The notes: generated by a model not told the origin, from the sequence alone. Positions 1 through 13,057 are shown, counted from the first letter of the stretch. The stretch is DNA of 64,000 bases from Bigelowiella natans CCMP2755 (GCA_000320545.1 ADNK01002731.1:1-64000); one strand, 5' to 3'. Program-made: numbers and translations.

Positions 1-2
1 TT

Positions 3-224
3 AGTGAGAGTAATGATGACGACGACGATGATGACGACGAAGATTCAAATGATGATAACAATAATGAGGAGGAAGAGGAAGAAGATGATGATGAGGGTGA
101 CAAGAACCACCTCCGGGCTTCCCAAGGCAAAGAGAACTCGGACAAGTTCCATCAGAGATGGACGCGCGTACCGTCGCTTCGAGAAACCGTACGCCTTCTC
201 GCGACGGCAGACATCGTTAGTTAA
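3..224 (+). CDS. 3' end of an unknown gene (acidic D/E-rich C-terminus), truncated by the window start
   Basis: Frame 3 reads SESNDDDD...EEEEEEDDDEGDKNHLRASQGKENSDKFHQRWTRVPSLRETVRLLATADIVS* with TAA at 222-224, followed by intergenic-type sequence. Confidence 0.55.
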   Translation, partial: SESNDDDDDDDDEDSNDDNNNEEEEEEDDDEGDKNHLRASQGKENSDKFHQRWTRVPSLRETVRLLATADIVS

Positions 225-1278
225 GATGGATCTGAATTGTGGGTTCAGAGCAGCAGCACCCACAAGCATATTGTAGAGATAAGCAGGCGCCGTGTCGCGT
301 TGTTGTATGTAACCAGCCGTAGAATTTATTGAATTCAATTTAGTATTGATAACAGTAATTGTCTCGCGTTTGTGTGTGCGTGTGCGCGTATGAACGATGT
401 GATTTGGTGTGCTGATTCAGCCATACTGGGCAATGCGCGCGTACTGCGGAGCAAATTACCAACACGTCACGCATGATGACAAGTAGTGAACTGCTAGCCT
501 GATTGTGGCGGAGGAATGCTCAGCATTTTGCACGGCATGCACGCTGCTTCACTGCTATGCTACCTGTGTTTACGTGCGGTAGAACGCAAAATAAGCGCGC
601 TAATAAATGAGCTTACTTTATTCTCACAACAGACATTGTGCTAGCTAGCTAGATGTAACTACGCAACTAGCTGTGATCATGTGCAATCTGCACGCACGGT
701 TTATCTATGCTAGCTAGCTAGTATACGGCACGCACGGACGTACCATGCTAGCATGAAACACAAACACAACAATAAACTACATCATTATTACGAGATCAAG
801 CGAACTTCGATCTGGCTAGCTGGACGTAAGCCAGTCTAGTAGTGCGGCAGATGTACGTCCAATACGTGTGCTAACAACATAAATGGTCTAGATATTGCTC
901 ACCGTGCGATTATTACAAGGTATGCAAACTCTGTGCATCACACGCCAGAGTGCGTTAAACTTTACACATGCTAAACGTGATATCGCACTGCTGCAGGGAT
1001 ATTTTGCTGCTTTCACTATGCTCGCCATATGGAGCGCTTGCATTCAAATTATGGTATGAAATTCTAAGCTTTGGAAGACTCTCAATTACATTATTTGCAG
1101 TGTCGCCACAATACGATACTAATAACTTAAGCATCCGTGTCGTACATGCATGGATCTTTCAGATATGCTGTGCTCTACAATGCCTAGATGTTTCTGCACG
1201 TGTGTATAATGTCTGAACGTATGTGGTATATGTAAGAGAAGCCAACATAGTAGCGACGTCAAACCACGCATTTACAAG

Positions 1279-2532
1279 TTATGAGCCAGGGTCCAAGAAC
1301 ACTCTTCGGGCATTCCCCGTCGTCAGTCGAGCGACATCGTCGATATGCATCGCTAGGCAATCAGCCACGATAGCTCCAACGTCGGCTACAGCCTTTGCAA
1401 TGCGGAAAACACAAATAATACCAAACGCTGAGAATTTCCTGGAGATTCGATGATGCCCCCCCCGCCCCCCCCGCCCCCGATCATAACCGAACTAGCAACA
1501 GTAGTACAGGAGCCGCCACTATGAATGCGAAAGGGAGGAGACGGCTGCTACATCGAAAATAGAGAGAGGAGCAAGTTGGAGCAGCGGCGGTGGCTATGAG
1601 GAGATGTATGGTGTTACGGGGTGTAATAATTGGATAAGTAACGAAGTGCCGCAGGGTCGTCGTATCTTCATTACCTCAGGAGTATTCACAACCCCGTCTC
1701 TGGCAGTAACTAGCGGTTGGTCAGGCGAATCGGTCTCAAGCAACAAGCGCTCTTTGGGTATGCATGAAAGCACCCTCTCCCACGCCTTGAGCTTCCGTAT
1801 GCCTTTACCATCACCATCATCATCATCATCATTTTCATTCTCGTCGTGACCATGTATTTTCGATGCAGCTGGTGACAGTTTCAATGAAATGTACGAACTT
1901 CAGCATTTTATCCCTTCCCATCATTCCATTCCAAAATATAGACGCATACACGCATATAAATGCACTACCCCCGGAAAATGAGAAGTAGCATGCTTCGTTC
2001 GCCTTAATGAACGTGTTGGCCATCTCCGGAGATCCTACCATCATGTTATGAAGAGGAGGAAAAGGGGAGGGCGGGGGGGAGAGGGGGTTAGGAGAAGCGA
2101 GTAGGATGGACAAATAGAAAGAGAGAAGGAAGATGAGGAAACGAATGCTTTCGGATCTCTGAGGAAACATGGTGTGTGAGAGCATGTAATAAGGAAGAGA
2201 AATGGCGTATTAGACGATTAACAGTGCTCGTACCTGCAAAAGAATGTAGCACAACTTTCAATGCCATCGAGTCCTTGCCATCAACAGCTTCCTGCAGCAT
2301 ATCCGCTAAGGTCTATAAGTTATTTACAAATTTATCGGCGTCGTCGCAGTTGTCAGGAATTGATGAGTTGGGAGATATGAGAAGGAGCGAATGTGGGGAG
2401 GCGGGGTGCGTGCGCTGGAAGAACAACGGTGATGGAAAAGAGAGGGGGGGGGGGGATGGTTATCAAGGAAGTGGAAGGTAGGTGAGCAGGGGCTATGATA
2501 CTTGCTAAAAAAGAATGGTGACTTCCAGCGAT

Positions 2533-2566
<34 letters not shown>

Positions 2567-3079
2567 CAACAACAACAACAACAACAAATTTATCACCCCG
2601 TAAGCGCGCACACAGTGCAGTGAAATCGGTCTCTTCATTTGTCGTGCAATGGCTTTGAATGAAGGATGAAGGAGAGGGAGGTGAAAGAAGAAGAATAAGA
2701 AACGGAGATGGCATGAGCAGCGACGTACAAGAAAGCAAAAGCTGTGCTCGTGCACCCAATCCTCAATATTTTGACGGGAGGAGAAGCTATATCACAAGGA
2801 GCTTCCATCATCGGTTTATCAAGCCTTAATCTTCTTCTTATTCTTTTCCCTCCCATACGAAATTCGGCGTCTCTGTTAGAACGACCCCTGTCTCCTGACT
2901 TCGCATAGTACCTATGTGTGTTTTTAGCACTGCTTTCTGGATCTCCATTCCTGATGTGTATATGACGATAGGATGATGGGGCACAGAACCAGAACACGCT
3001 CGGAAAGGGCGGGGGATAGAGGAGGGGGATGATAGCGCGCGCGCACACGAGGCTTATATTAGATGCAATATGTATGTGA

Positions 3080-3119
<40 letters not shown>

Positions 3120-3588
3120 TCCTCCTTGGCCGTTATTCCAAAATAAATGAGAGAAAAAGCAATAAATCGAATCGAAATAAATCCATGCACATCGCGCATC
3201 TAAGGACTTTTGAAGGATAAAAGCAGCACACAACTATCTGTTCATCTCTCTTCTTTCCCGGGTTCTGACCGGCATGCCCAGGATACTTCTTCGCAAAGGC
3301 TTTATCTAGTCCGCACTCGCCTGAAACGTTTGAACGAAGGAGGAGACATAAAAGCATTAGGACGGCGGCAGCAAAGGTGCATTTGTGTTTCTTTACGCTT
3401 TCATCAAGTCAGTGTTGTTGTTATTGTTGTTGTTGTTGTTGTGTTGTTCTGCCTCCTCCTCCTCCTCCTCCTCCTCCTCCTTCTTCTCCCATGTTTCTAT
3501 CTCTGTTTGCACGATTACTACCAACGCCCGAGCCGGGTGTCGTCTCCAAGTAGTCAATCAGCTTCCTGAGTTTATCATCATCATCATT

Positions 3589-3620
<32 letters not shown>

Positions 3621-4062
3621 TATAGCATCAGGCTTTGAAACACAATCGCAAACTCTTCAATAATCTAGCTCAATTCACATTCTCTCCTCCCTTCCCCCTC
3701 CTCGTCGTTTTCCTTGCTAACTATGCTGTCGCCTTACTCTGCCCAATCCGGGTGCGATTCAATATCCTTGAGCCACCTGCATCATCATCATCATCATCAT
3801 GAAGTCGTTGTTTGATATGTCACTATTATATGATGACGAGAAATCAAAAACGACAACTAAAGGCCCACCAAAACTATCTATCACAACACTACTACTACAA
3901 CAACAGCAACAACAACAACAACAACTACTATTACTACTACTTACTGCTGCTGCTACTACTACCATGGATGCAGGCCAAACTGTGGAACGACAAAATCAGG
4001 AAATCTTTCATGCAATTCTTTAACGCGGCCCCAATCCAAAGGAGTACCTGCCCGGGTGGTAG

Positions 4063-4094
<32 letters not shown>

Positions 4095-4574
4095 TCATCG
4101 TGAATAATAGCAGCAAGATCACCAGCAGTAGTAGTACTATCATGAGAAAGTCTCCAGAAAGCAAACTGAGCAACAAAATCCAAGACAATGCTCCGATGAT
4201 TGATTTCCTTCCACGATATGTGCAAAAAATTATTTATATTCTTACTATATACTATAAGCTACTATACATCCGCAAACGGCGGCTCTTTCGACGCCTCTAT
4301 TCTGTGCGTCTCGTATCACGTCCCCCACGTTGCAGTATATTCTAACAATAGCAGCAGCGCAGTTAGAATAACGTGCCGTGCAATCACCGCTGAAATGATG
4401 TGAAGTGATATGGAAGGAGGGTGGGGAGGGGGGGGGGAGGGGAGTATTATGAGCATGCCGTCTACTCTTGTTTTACCTATCTAGTTGAAGATGACAATGA
4501 GAATCGAAGAAGCTCTTGGCTGCTGATGAGAAAGTACATTTTACTATGTTAATGTATACACACACACACACACG

Positions 4575-4613
<39 letters not shown>

Positions 4614-4763
4614 GTGATGATAATTTTCAAATGATTCGGCTTGCGTATGGAAGGGGGTCAAATAGATAACTAAACCACATCGTTGTAGAAACTACTATTA
4701 AAAACAAAAAGCAGTCGGAAGTTCTACCTGCTACTTCAGCTCTAGTAGCTGTCGGCGATAACA

Positions 4764-4797
<34 letters not shown>

Positions 4798-6461
4798 GGC
4801 CGCCAATCCACCGTGCCTCAACGATGAACGACAACGGCGAAAGAGCCACCTGGCTGGAAGCATCTGCGAAGAAATTGAGAGATCATATCATTTACGAGAG
4901 GCTTTGATAGAATGCTAATTATGATGACAGTGAGTAGGAGTAAGAGGAAGAGGAGGAGGAGGAGGAGGAGGAGGAGGAGGAGGAGACACGATGATCATGA
5001 ATGCAATCGATAAACGTTTTTTTTCGCGGCTGTCATATCTATCTGAAATCCACATTGCCTTGTCATCTGCACGTACTCGGCAAACGGATAGAGCAAGGGA
5101 TAAAATACCGCAGCTCATGGAGGAGCATGAAGATGATGGTGTCAAGGAACTAACGAGTACATGTGTATGTCCTACCTGATAAGTCGCAGAGAACAGAGAG
5201 GGGGGCACACATCCTCCTCCTCCTCCACGGCGAGGACTATTGATTCTCGCACTGTTCTGCTTCCCTCTTGCCTGTGCATGTAAATTCTTCTGTCCTCCGC
5301 TACTGCTGGCATCACTATTGCTATAGCTATCACCATCTTCCTCACCCTTACCTTCATCACTCTGAGGCTTTTCCTCGCCCCCCCCTTCCCCTTCTGCCAT
5401 CTTTCCGGCATGTTCCTCCTCGAGGGGTCGTTGCTGTTGTTTAAGGGCGTCTTGTCCTCGTGAAGCGAGTATTTGGCTTGCGACTGCAGCAGCAGTGAAT
5501 CCGAACGCTCCTAAATGAAGGTTCCATCTTCCACTCAATTCTCTCTCTGTGTGTCTCTCCCTCTCTCTCTCTTTCTCACCGCAAAAGCCTATAAATCATC
5601 ATAAACTCATCGCACTACGTCCACAGTACTGCAGAGCCCAAAGATAGGAAAGTTGTGCAGGGGAGATATACGACGGGGGGGAGGGGGAGGGGGGGGGGGG
5701 GTTCAGGGTCTCGGGTCTTCGCTTAAGTTAGAAAAAGGAATGTTTACGGATGTGGATAATGACCAGTGACGTGTGTGGCGGTGCCGTATCCGGATGCACA
5801 GTCCAAGCGCAGACCCTTGTTATTTTCTAAGAGCGGGGGTGGGGGGGGGGATTGGCATCTCAGTAATGATCGTTGATGGAAAGATTGGAATGTATAGTCT
5901 TAGCCGTGGTCATCATCGATATAACTAGCATATGCAGCATATATCAAATCGGTAAGGATGTAGAATAGCAGCACGGAAAGCAATTGTATTCACGATGTGA
6001 AGGCACAGTCGTACCATTGCTCTTAGCCATGGGGTGATATCCTTTTTCTTTGGTGTAAATGCAAGGTATTCCCCATTCTGCAGCTCCTTGTTTCCTGCTG
6101 CCACGCCGCTTCTCTCTTCCTTCCACCCTCCCCCCCTCCTCTCGAAATTCCTTCGGGTATAATGTTTTCAGCTGTCGCTTCACGGCCTTTAAGAGCTGCA
6201 ACGACGGCGAAAAGGGATGAAATTCAAAATATGTTTTAATTGAGTGTTTCGCCAATAAAATCTTCTTCGTAGCCTCCTCCCCATCAACGTTATCATAATC
6301 ATCATCATCATCGTCGTCATCATCATCACAATCGTCGTTATCGGCTCGTCATCATTATCATTATCATTGCTGTACCGACCGGATCATGGGTCACAGATGC
6401 AAGATCGCTGGTGCTTATTTGCGTGGGATCTGTGCGACCTGGCGAATTGATGATGACGACG

Positions 6462-6493
<32 letters not shown>

Positions 6494-8222
6494 GATGGAG
6501 ATGATGATGATGGTGATGCAAATTATGACTATGATGAGAATGACACCATTCTGTCTGAAATGGGAAGAAACGTCTACAAATAATGCGGAGAATGATCGTT
6601 TTTATTGCTTAATGTGACTATCCTGACCCCCTGCTCCGCCGACGGTAATCGTTGGTATTTGGCCTGAAGACAGGGGGGCTCAATATCAACAAAACGATAG
6701 CGACATCTGGAGTTATAAGAGCTCTTAAACAATATGTATATATAATGACAGACACAGTCGAAGCATTGTAAATCGCCTTACGTATGCGTGCGTGATAGAG
6801 GAGATCCGCCTTGTGAGGTACGCTGTCAATCGCGTCAACCAGCAATGAAATCCTACACAACAACAACAGCAGCAGCAGCAACAACAACAACAACAACAAG
6901 AAGAAGAAGAAGAAGAAGAAGAAGAAGAAGCAAGCAAAAGTGTCTCTGGGCGCTGCGTGTTAAGAACGAATTCGCGGCACTGTTGTTTTGTCGGCAATCA
7001 CATCATTATCAGCCACCACCGTTTGGGATGGTGAATGGGCCCAAGAAGGCTTTCCGCAGTCATATTCGTGAAGAACTCACTGACGGCGTGGATCTGAACG
7101 ATTGGGGAAAGGAGGCGGGGGAGGGGGAGAGGCGGGCAGAAAGATATCAATTCCGCTTTGTACGCAGTCAGTAAGCTCGTGATTAGTATTACGCAGATAG
7201 AGGGATTTATCTCCTTAGCGCGGGCAGCCAAGACATCCACCTTTTGTCTATGCGGGAAATTTCCAAATAAGTACAGGCTCACCAAACGTAAAGATAAAGA
7301 ATATACAATATATACAACATATTATATGGAAAATAGTTTCTGGAGAAAGTTCTTCCATTAATACGGTGTTAGAGTAAGAGAGCGTTGGTATATTTTTAGA
7401 GATATGCGGCTTAGTACTTGCCCACAGTCGATTGAAGCGCGTGGAGCTGACGGTTGACATTGCTCACGCAAATGTCGTCTAAATCAATCAGCGTTAAGGT
7501 CCCCACCTTTATTGTCAAGCATAGTACGTATTTATGGCGATATGCTCAAGCTGCAACTAAATGGGTTAAAGCAATAAACCCCTGTCCTAGCAAGTGCCTC
7601 GACTGTCCAAGATCCAACTCCACCAACACCGACAACACACACGTGCGAGCTCTTTAAAGCTCCGAGGGCGTCGGGACCGTACAGACTACAATGCAAGCAA
7701 GAAGGAATGAATCAAAAGAGGAAATGGTGTATTCGCTCCAATTTCGAGGCACATGATGGTTTCCCACCGTTCAATCCCTCCAAACCGTAGCTTGTACCAC
7801 TCGTCCTCCTCCCCTTCCTCCTCCTCCTCAGCCCCTCCCTCCTCCCGACCCTCGTCTTCTAAGTTCTTTGCTGCCGTTGAGGCTCTAAATAAGGAGCCCC
7901 GCAACAAAGGAGTAGCGGTACAGCTTTTCCGCACGAAACTCCAGCGATGCAAGCACTGTCTATCCCCAACTGCTGCTACTGCTACTACACCAGGTACAGC
8001 AAGTTGGGCAGCAGCTGCTCTTGAGACAAGGATGGTCTTCAAAGCAGCAGATACTCCTATCCGAGGGGCACAACGCCTCCGTTCCGTTTCTAAACCGCCA
8101 CGGCTTCTGGCAGGCAACATGACAAATAGGGATCGAGGCACAGCAGCCCAGTGGTTCAGGATGAGCAGAGGAAGGAACACGGCAAGCGCGGAGGAAGGGG
8201 AGGGGCATCGGTGGGGGGCCAT
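1279..8222 (-). CDS. tcdA-tatD: Fusion protein, about 24 exons: bipartite leader + TcdA/CsdL (ThiF family tRNA threonylcarbamoyladenosine dehydratase) + linker + TatD family nuclease
   Basis: GT-AG splicing keeps the frame throughout. TcdA part: RFGGIERLYG...HVCVVGVGGVGSWTVEALARTGVGTLTLIDLDDICVSNVNRQLHAL...VDAIDS...TVGGAGGRTDPTQI...GIPCIYTKE...RLDCASGYGTATHVTGAFGF. TatD part: FFDSHCHLQ, FGLHPW, GECGLDK, RPISLHCVRAYG, VLHSFAG, YFSFSG, LLLETDSPDQ, TTGNARRVF. ATG at 8222, TAA at 1279-1281. Confidence 0.85.
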
Positions 8223-8350
8223 GTTGCCCTTGTGCACACCCATTCCGATCAGAAGAATCGAAATGACATGACCAACCAAAATTGTACTGCGACACAAAAC
8301 CAATACATTTTTAACCTGCGACAACAGCTAATAATTTGTTTTTGATTCTA

Positions 8351-9296
8351 ATTCACACAGACAGGTTTGGCAGACACGGCTCATTGAGTCAATCGAGGCC
8401 ACAGGTGGACCAAATCCCCACAATCCAGAATTCAAGCTTGAAAAACGATCGCCGTGCGTTGACCGTCGTTCGTTCGCGCCACACGCGGGTTGAAAATGCT
8501 GCGGGTTCACTTGGGCGACTGGCATGGCATGCTGGAGTGCTTGTGTGATGCACTGTGTCCGTGCAATGCTGCAACATTGCTTGTGCTGCACTTGGCATCA
8601 CAACGTTGCACGCAGCAGCACAGTGCGATTCCACGCACCGCAGTGCAAAGCTACGTGCATGTGACACACGCACACCAGCACAGCACGCTACTAGCTCTGG
8701 AGCTGGCTGACGTTGCATCGCCACGTGAATGACTGGTGAACTGCTAGACCTGCTAGCCTGCTCCAGCAGTGCTGCGATGCAATTGCTGGCCCCACCAGTT
8801 CTGGAGTTTGTGAAGCAAGTGCGTGCAGTGTGCGTGTGTGTGGGTGGGTGGTTGGGTGTGTGCAAACGTGCACGTGCGATTGTGCACCTGCCAGCCGCCT
8901 GGTGCACGTGTGTGGAGTGAACGAAGTGGCACAATCATGACTGCATGCTGGCATGCCACGCGCACGTCTGGACATGCGGTGCGCGTGCAGTCAATCACGC
9001 GTGCTAGGTGCGTGCACAGCAGTGCTCCATCAAACCTGTGGCAGCTGCGATGCGGTTGAAATTTTGATTTGTTGGAAGGTTTGTGCCAGTCTAGCAGTCT
9101 AGCAGTGCGTGCTGTCGATCTAGCTGTGCGCGCGCCGCTGCAATGCTTGAGAAGTTTTTGCGTGCGGCGCGCATGCACAGACTTCACAATGACATGCAGC
9201 TGATGCGCGTGCACGCCCTCATGAGCTTTCAAAATTGTGCGAGAGCAACAAGTGCAAGCGCTCAAACTTGTTCAGATCGAACTTGACTGAATTTTT
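8351..9296. other. TpA-depleted intergenic island between the GST 3' end and the tcdA-tatD 5' end
   Basis: Manual scan found 9 TpA in about 945 nt: 7 in CTAG and 2 in CTAC. The region is rich in TGCA, CATG, CACGTG and GCGC. Confidence 0.9.
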
Positions 9297-9373
9297 TATT
9301 TTCATCCTGCGTGGAGACAATCTTGAAATTGAAAATCAAGAGATGCACAAAGCATGCCCTTCATTCCATTGAC

Positions 9374-10394
9374 TCATTTGGCCTTTGCAAGCGCATCCAA
9401 CACTTCTTTCTTCACTCCGTAGCCCTCGCGAAGGAAAGGTAGTTTGTCGTATCCCTTGACACCATCAAGGGCCCCGACTAGCTCAACGACCTTCAAGACC
9501 TTTTTAAACGAAGAAGTGTAATCCTCGCCGGTGATCTTGGATACTGGTGCGAACATGCCAACTTCACTCTGAGTAACAACAGTAAATTAGATGCAGAATA
9601 CCCCAATTTACACCCCCCAAGTTCTAGCCCCTTTCCAACTGACCATTTTGTAGGCGTTGTAAAGGAAGAAATCCACAGAAGACACGTCCTATTGAAGTTA
9701 ACACAAGGATTTTTAGGAGCTGCAACCTAAGCTACAAAGTAACATTCATACCGATCCAAAGTAGTAAGGACCCTTGATGGCCGCTTCGACGTTAGTCATC
9801 CACTTCTTATTACGGTCTGCAATGTGGCAAATTAGACCATATGTCCATACACATGGGGCACGAAAGCAGCATAACTCACCGCTTAAAAACTTCTTGACAT
9901 CTTCCGCAGGCTTAGACATATGATTGAATACATCCGTGGCCCAATCAGCAACATCAAGAGTGTGTTTCAATGCCTAAGCAAATTGCATATTCCAATCTCA
10001 TACTTTCTGCATACAAATTAACTAGCAATATGTCTTATCGAAGAAATCAAGATCTCGCGAACCTTAAAACGGTCGTTGCCCTCAAACTTGTCGATTCCAA
10101 GCTTATTTCCTACAAAGAGGCTTACGGCTGCAGATTGGCTCACCACGACATCGCCCCAGGCGAGGATTGGCGGTGCAAAAGTGTCCTTTCCTTGTGCACC
10201 AAACGCTGTGCCGATAGAAGCAATATCTTTGAATTCCGACTTCATCTGGAGAAATATAACGTAAGAATACAGTTTTCACAATTTTTTTTCCTTTCAACCT
10301 CATAGGCTTGCTTCTTGTGTTCCAGCATTAGGACAGAAGCTCCCGCTCTCCCCAGCATGGGCCAGTAATACATGGTAACTTTCTCTTCCGCCAT
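9374..10394 (-). CDS. Glutathione S-transferase, several short GT-AG introns
   Basis: MAEEKVTMYYWPMLGRAGASVLMLEHKKQAYE|MKSEFKD...DTFAPPILAWGDVVVSQSAAVSLFVGNKLG (GST N-domain with cis-Pro and SQS motif), then helical C-domain exons (KWMTNVEAAIKGPYYFGS, VSSVDFFLYNAY) ending LDALAKAK*. Confidence 0.85.
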
Positions 10395-10783
10395 TGTGAC
10401 TTTGTAGTATGAGCAGGCCTGTAGTGTTGATAAATAAAAAAAAATCTTCAAAAAAAATCTTTGAGAACGGCATCCTTAACTGCAAAAAAAGACGGGATTT
10501 CTCTATCGCGACAATCAAATTAGAACACATTTTCTAGTTTTTAAAGTTAATTTTCGAAATATCTCCCATATTATTTATTGTACTCGTTGCATGCGAGAAT
10601 CAATTCTAGGAATTCTGGAATTTACCTTGAACACCTTTCCAGACAAATCACCGCAGTTTTTTTAAAAAACCTCATAAAAACTTCAAAAAAATCTCCCGCA
10701 CGTTGTCTTACCATATAAATCGCTTTGTTTTTTCCCATGCACAAAGGGATATTCGTCAAGGGAAAAAAAAAACGAGAATCCCA

Positions 10784-11888
10784 ATGGTGCTCTATGGTCT
10801 CGTCCACTTCGCTCGCTCTGCCTCTCGCATTCCTCGTGCTGCCCCCCTTCGACACCTCCAATCAAAGTTAAGCCGAAACTTTAGCCAATCGTTTGACGGG
10901 GAAGCAGCGACTCTTTTCCAGAGTTTCTTTCAGAACGGCGCCCCTGCATGGGCTGAAACGGTCTCTGCCGTCCGACGGGTTAATGCAAGTCCTTCCACAA
11001 TCATCGACATTGCTTCTGGGCCCGGGGAACCTGCATGTAGCCTATCGGAAGCATTTCCTACATCTAGTGTAATATGTAGTGATTCATCCCCTGACATGGT
11101 CGAAATGGCCCGGACCCGCAGTGAGCAGCTCGGAAAGAGCAACATGACATTTTCAGTTGACAACATGAATGACCTTTCCACTTATGGAGACGGGACGAAG
11201 GACATTGTAACAGCTCAATTTGGTTTGATGTTCTCCCCTGATCTCTCTATCGCCCTATCGGAGATTCATCGTGTCTTGAAGCCAGAGGGGCACCTGGTTG
11301 CAACCGTTTGGCAAGAATTCGACCTTTTTCCTTTAATAAAGGAAACTATGACTGAGATACTCGGAAAGCCTCCGCCTGCTCCCCCAATCAATCCTATGTC
11401 GCTTGCAGACCCTGATCCACTTGATGCAGCGCTAGCTGCTGCTGGATTTGAGATTGCAGAGGGGCATCGTGAGGTTAAAGATATCACATTTAATATGGGT
11501 CCAAGTAATGAAACACTCACGAAACAATAACGGAAAATTCACGATTTTTTCACACACACTTATTTTAGATGCCACATGTAGTCAGCTCCTGCCAAAAAAA
11601 GTAAAAATACTTTTAAGAAGCGAATCGCTTCCCCGCCTCGCCACAAAATGTTTTATGCCGGCTTTGGGTTAATATATAGGCACTGACGAGAAGGCGTATA
11701 AGGCTTGCCTCATTCCGGTGCTGCCAAAACTCAAGGAAATGCAAGAAGAGTCAGAAGAAAATAAAGACTTCATCGCAAAAGCGTTAGGAATTCTCAAAAT
11801 TGTTGCAGCTAAGCAAATCAGTAAGCAAGGGGACCTACAGTTGAGCGGAGTTTATCGATATGTTGTAGTCAAAAAGCCTGGAAACTAA
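10784..11888 (+). CDS. Class I SAM-dependent methyltransferase (UbiE/Methyltransf_11-like), 2 exons, probable mitochondrial presequence
   Basis: Motif I IIDIASGPGEP, SDSSPDMVEMA, DIVTAQFGLMF, EIHRVLKPEGHLVATVW. Intron 11505-11679 (GT..AG), stop 11886-11888. The N-terminus is Arg/Ser-rich with no acidic residues. Confidence 0.85.
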
Positions 11889-11942
11889 GCTCGGAGATAA
11901 TATTCTAAAGACACGTGTATGTGATGCAAATTTATCTATGAC

Positions 11943-12002
<60 letters not shown>

Positions 12003-12118
12003 CGTGTGTGTATTATTTCTGTTGTAAATTTGTGAACGTTATGCATCGAAATAAATACACAGTGATTCCCCAGATGGCTTACTATACAATAGTCTAGGTA
12101 CCCACAACTATAGACACA

Positions 12119-12165
<47 letters not shown>

Positions 12166-12612
12166 TATTGTCACATATACTTGCATTGCCTGCTACGGAT
12201 ACGATACGCTTTGCAGCTGGCGGGCCATATTTTTGGATACTATCTGGCAATAGCAGCAGCATGCATTGCTATTTGCTCTTAGACCACATTAACAAGTGCC
12301 AACGAGTAATTACTACGTACTGAAGCTTCACAAAGAAGCTCATTATCTATCTACTCATTCTACCATACATGTAGTCAATCGAGCGCGAAAATGCAACTAA
12401 TTTAGCTGTGTGACGACTACATTCGTTATCTATAGTGTATATGTGACACGCAAGGTATCGCACCTTCCTATATAAGGGCCTACATGTAGCATAACAACGG
12501 CGCTTGCAATAGAATGAAAAGACACTGATCACCAAGACACTACGCAATATCCATAAGTGCTCTAGTGCATCCCAGGTTTATAATTTGGAAATTTTAGAAC
12601 GATCTTGGCATT

Positions 12613-13057
12613 TTAAGGCCCACCCAATGCAACTTCTTTGCTCTTCGATATCATAGTACGACTCGTCTCTTTTCTATCATCATCATCATCATCATCGTCA
12701 TTGAATTCTCCCATTTTATACCCCTTGACCACTGCGGTTCCTGGCCATATCACAATCAAATTGCAGCGATCAACATCGGAAAGTAGTCTTTTCGCACGGC
12801 TCCAAACATGCATGCATGCATTCACCAATCTGAATTGCTAATATATTATAGCATCAGTAATTGTCTGGGCGCCGTTCTGATTTTATTATCAATACCCCAC
12901 GAGCAATCTGTATCCCCTGTGAGCTCATCTATCTTCGTCCCTCGTGAAAGAGGCACCTCCTTAATCGCAAATAGTATCGAACCCGGCCTGAGCAAAACAA
13001 TGATGAAGGAAGAAAAATACTAGCCTGTTTATGAGTCAAAGAGTATGTTTGTATCAT

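Noticed and set aside
4864-4880. Acceptor directly before an ATG as evidence of spliced-leader trans-splicing
   Set aside because: A compatible upstream cis donor at 5175 explains it, and there is no other evidence.
8389-9265. Overlapping Cys/His-rich ORFs on both strands
   Set aside because: Loss of TpA removes TAA/TAG stops and Tyr codons, which lengthens ORFs by chance. No domain is recognisable.
8351-9296. CpG-methylation decay or classical RIP as the cause of the TGCA/CATG-rich islands
   Set aside because: CpG is abundant and TpA is depleted, which is the opposite of both predictions.
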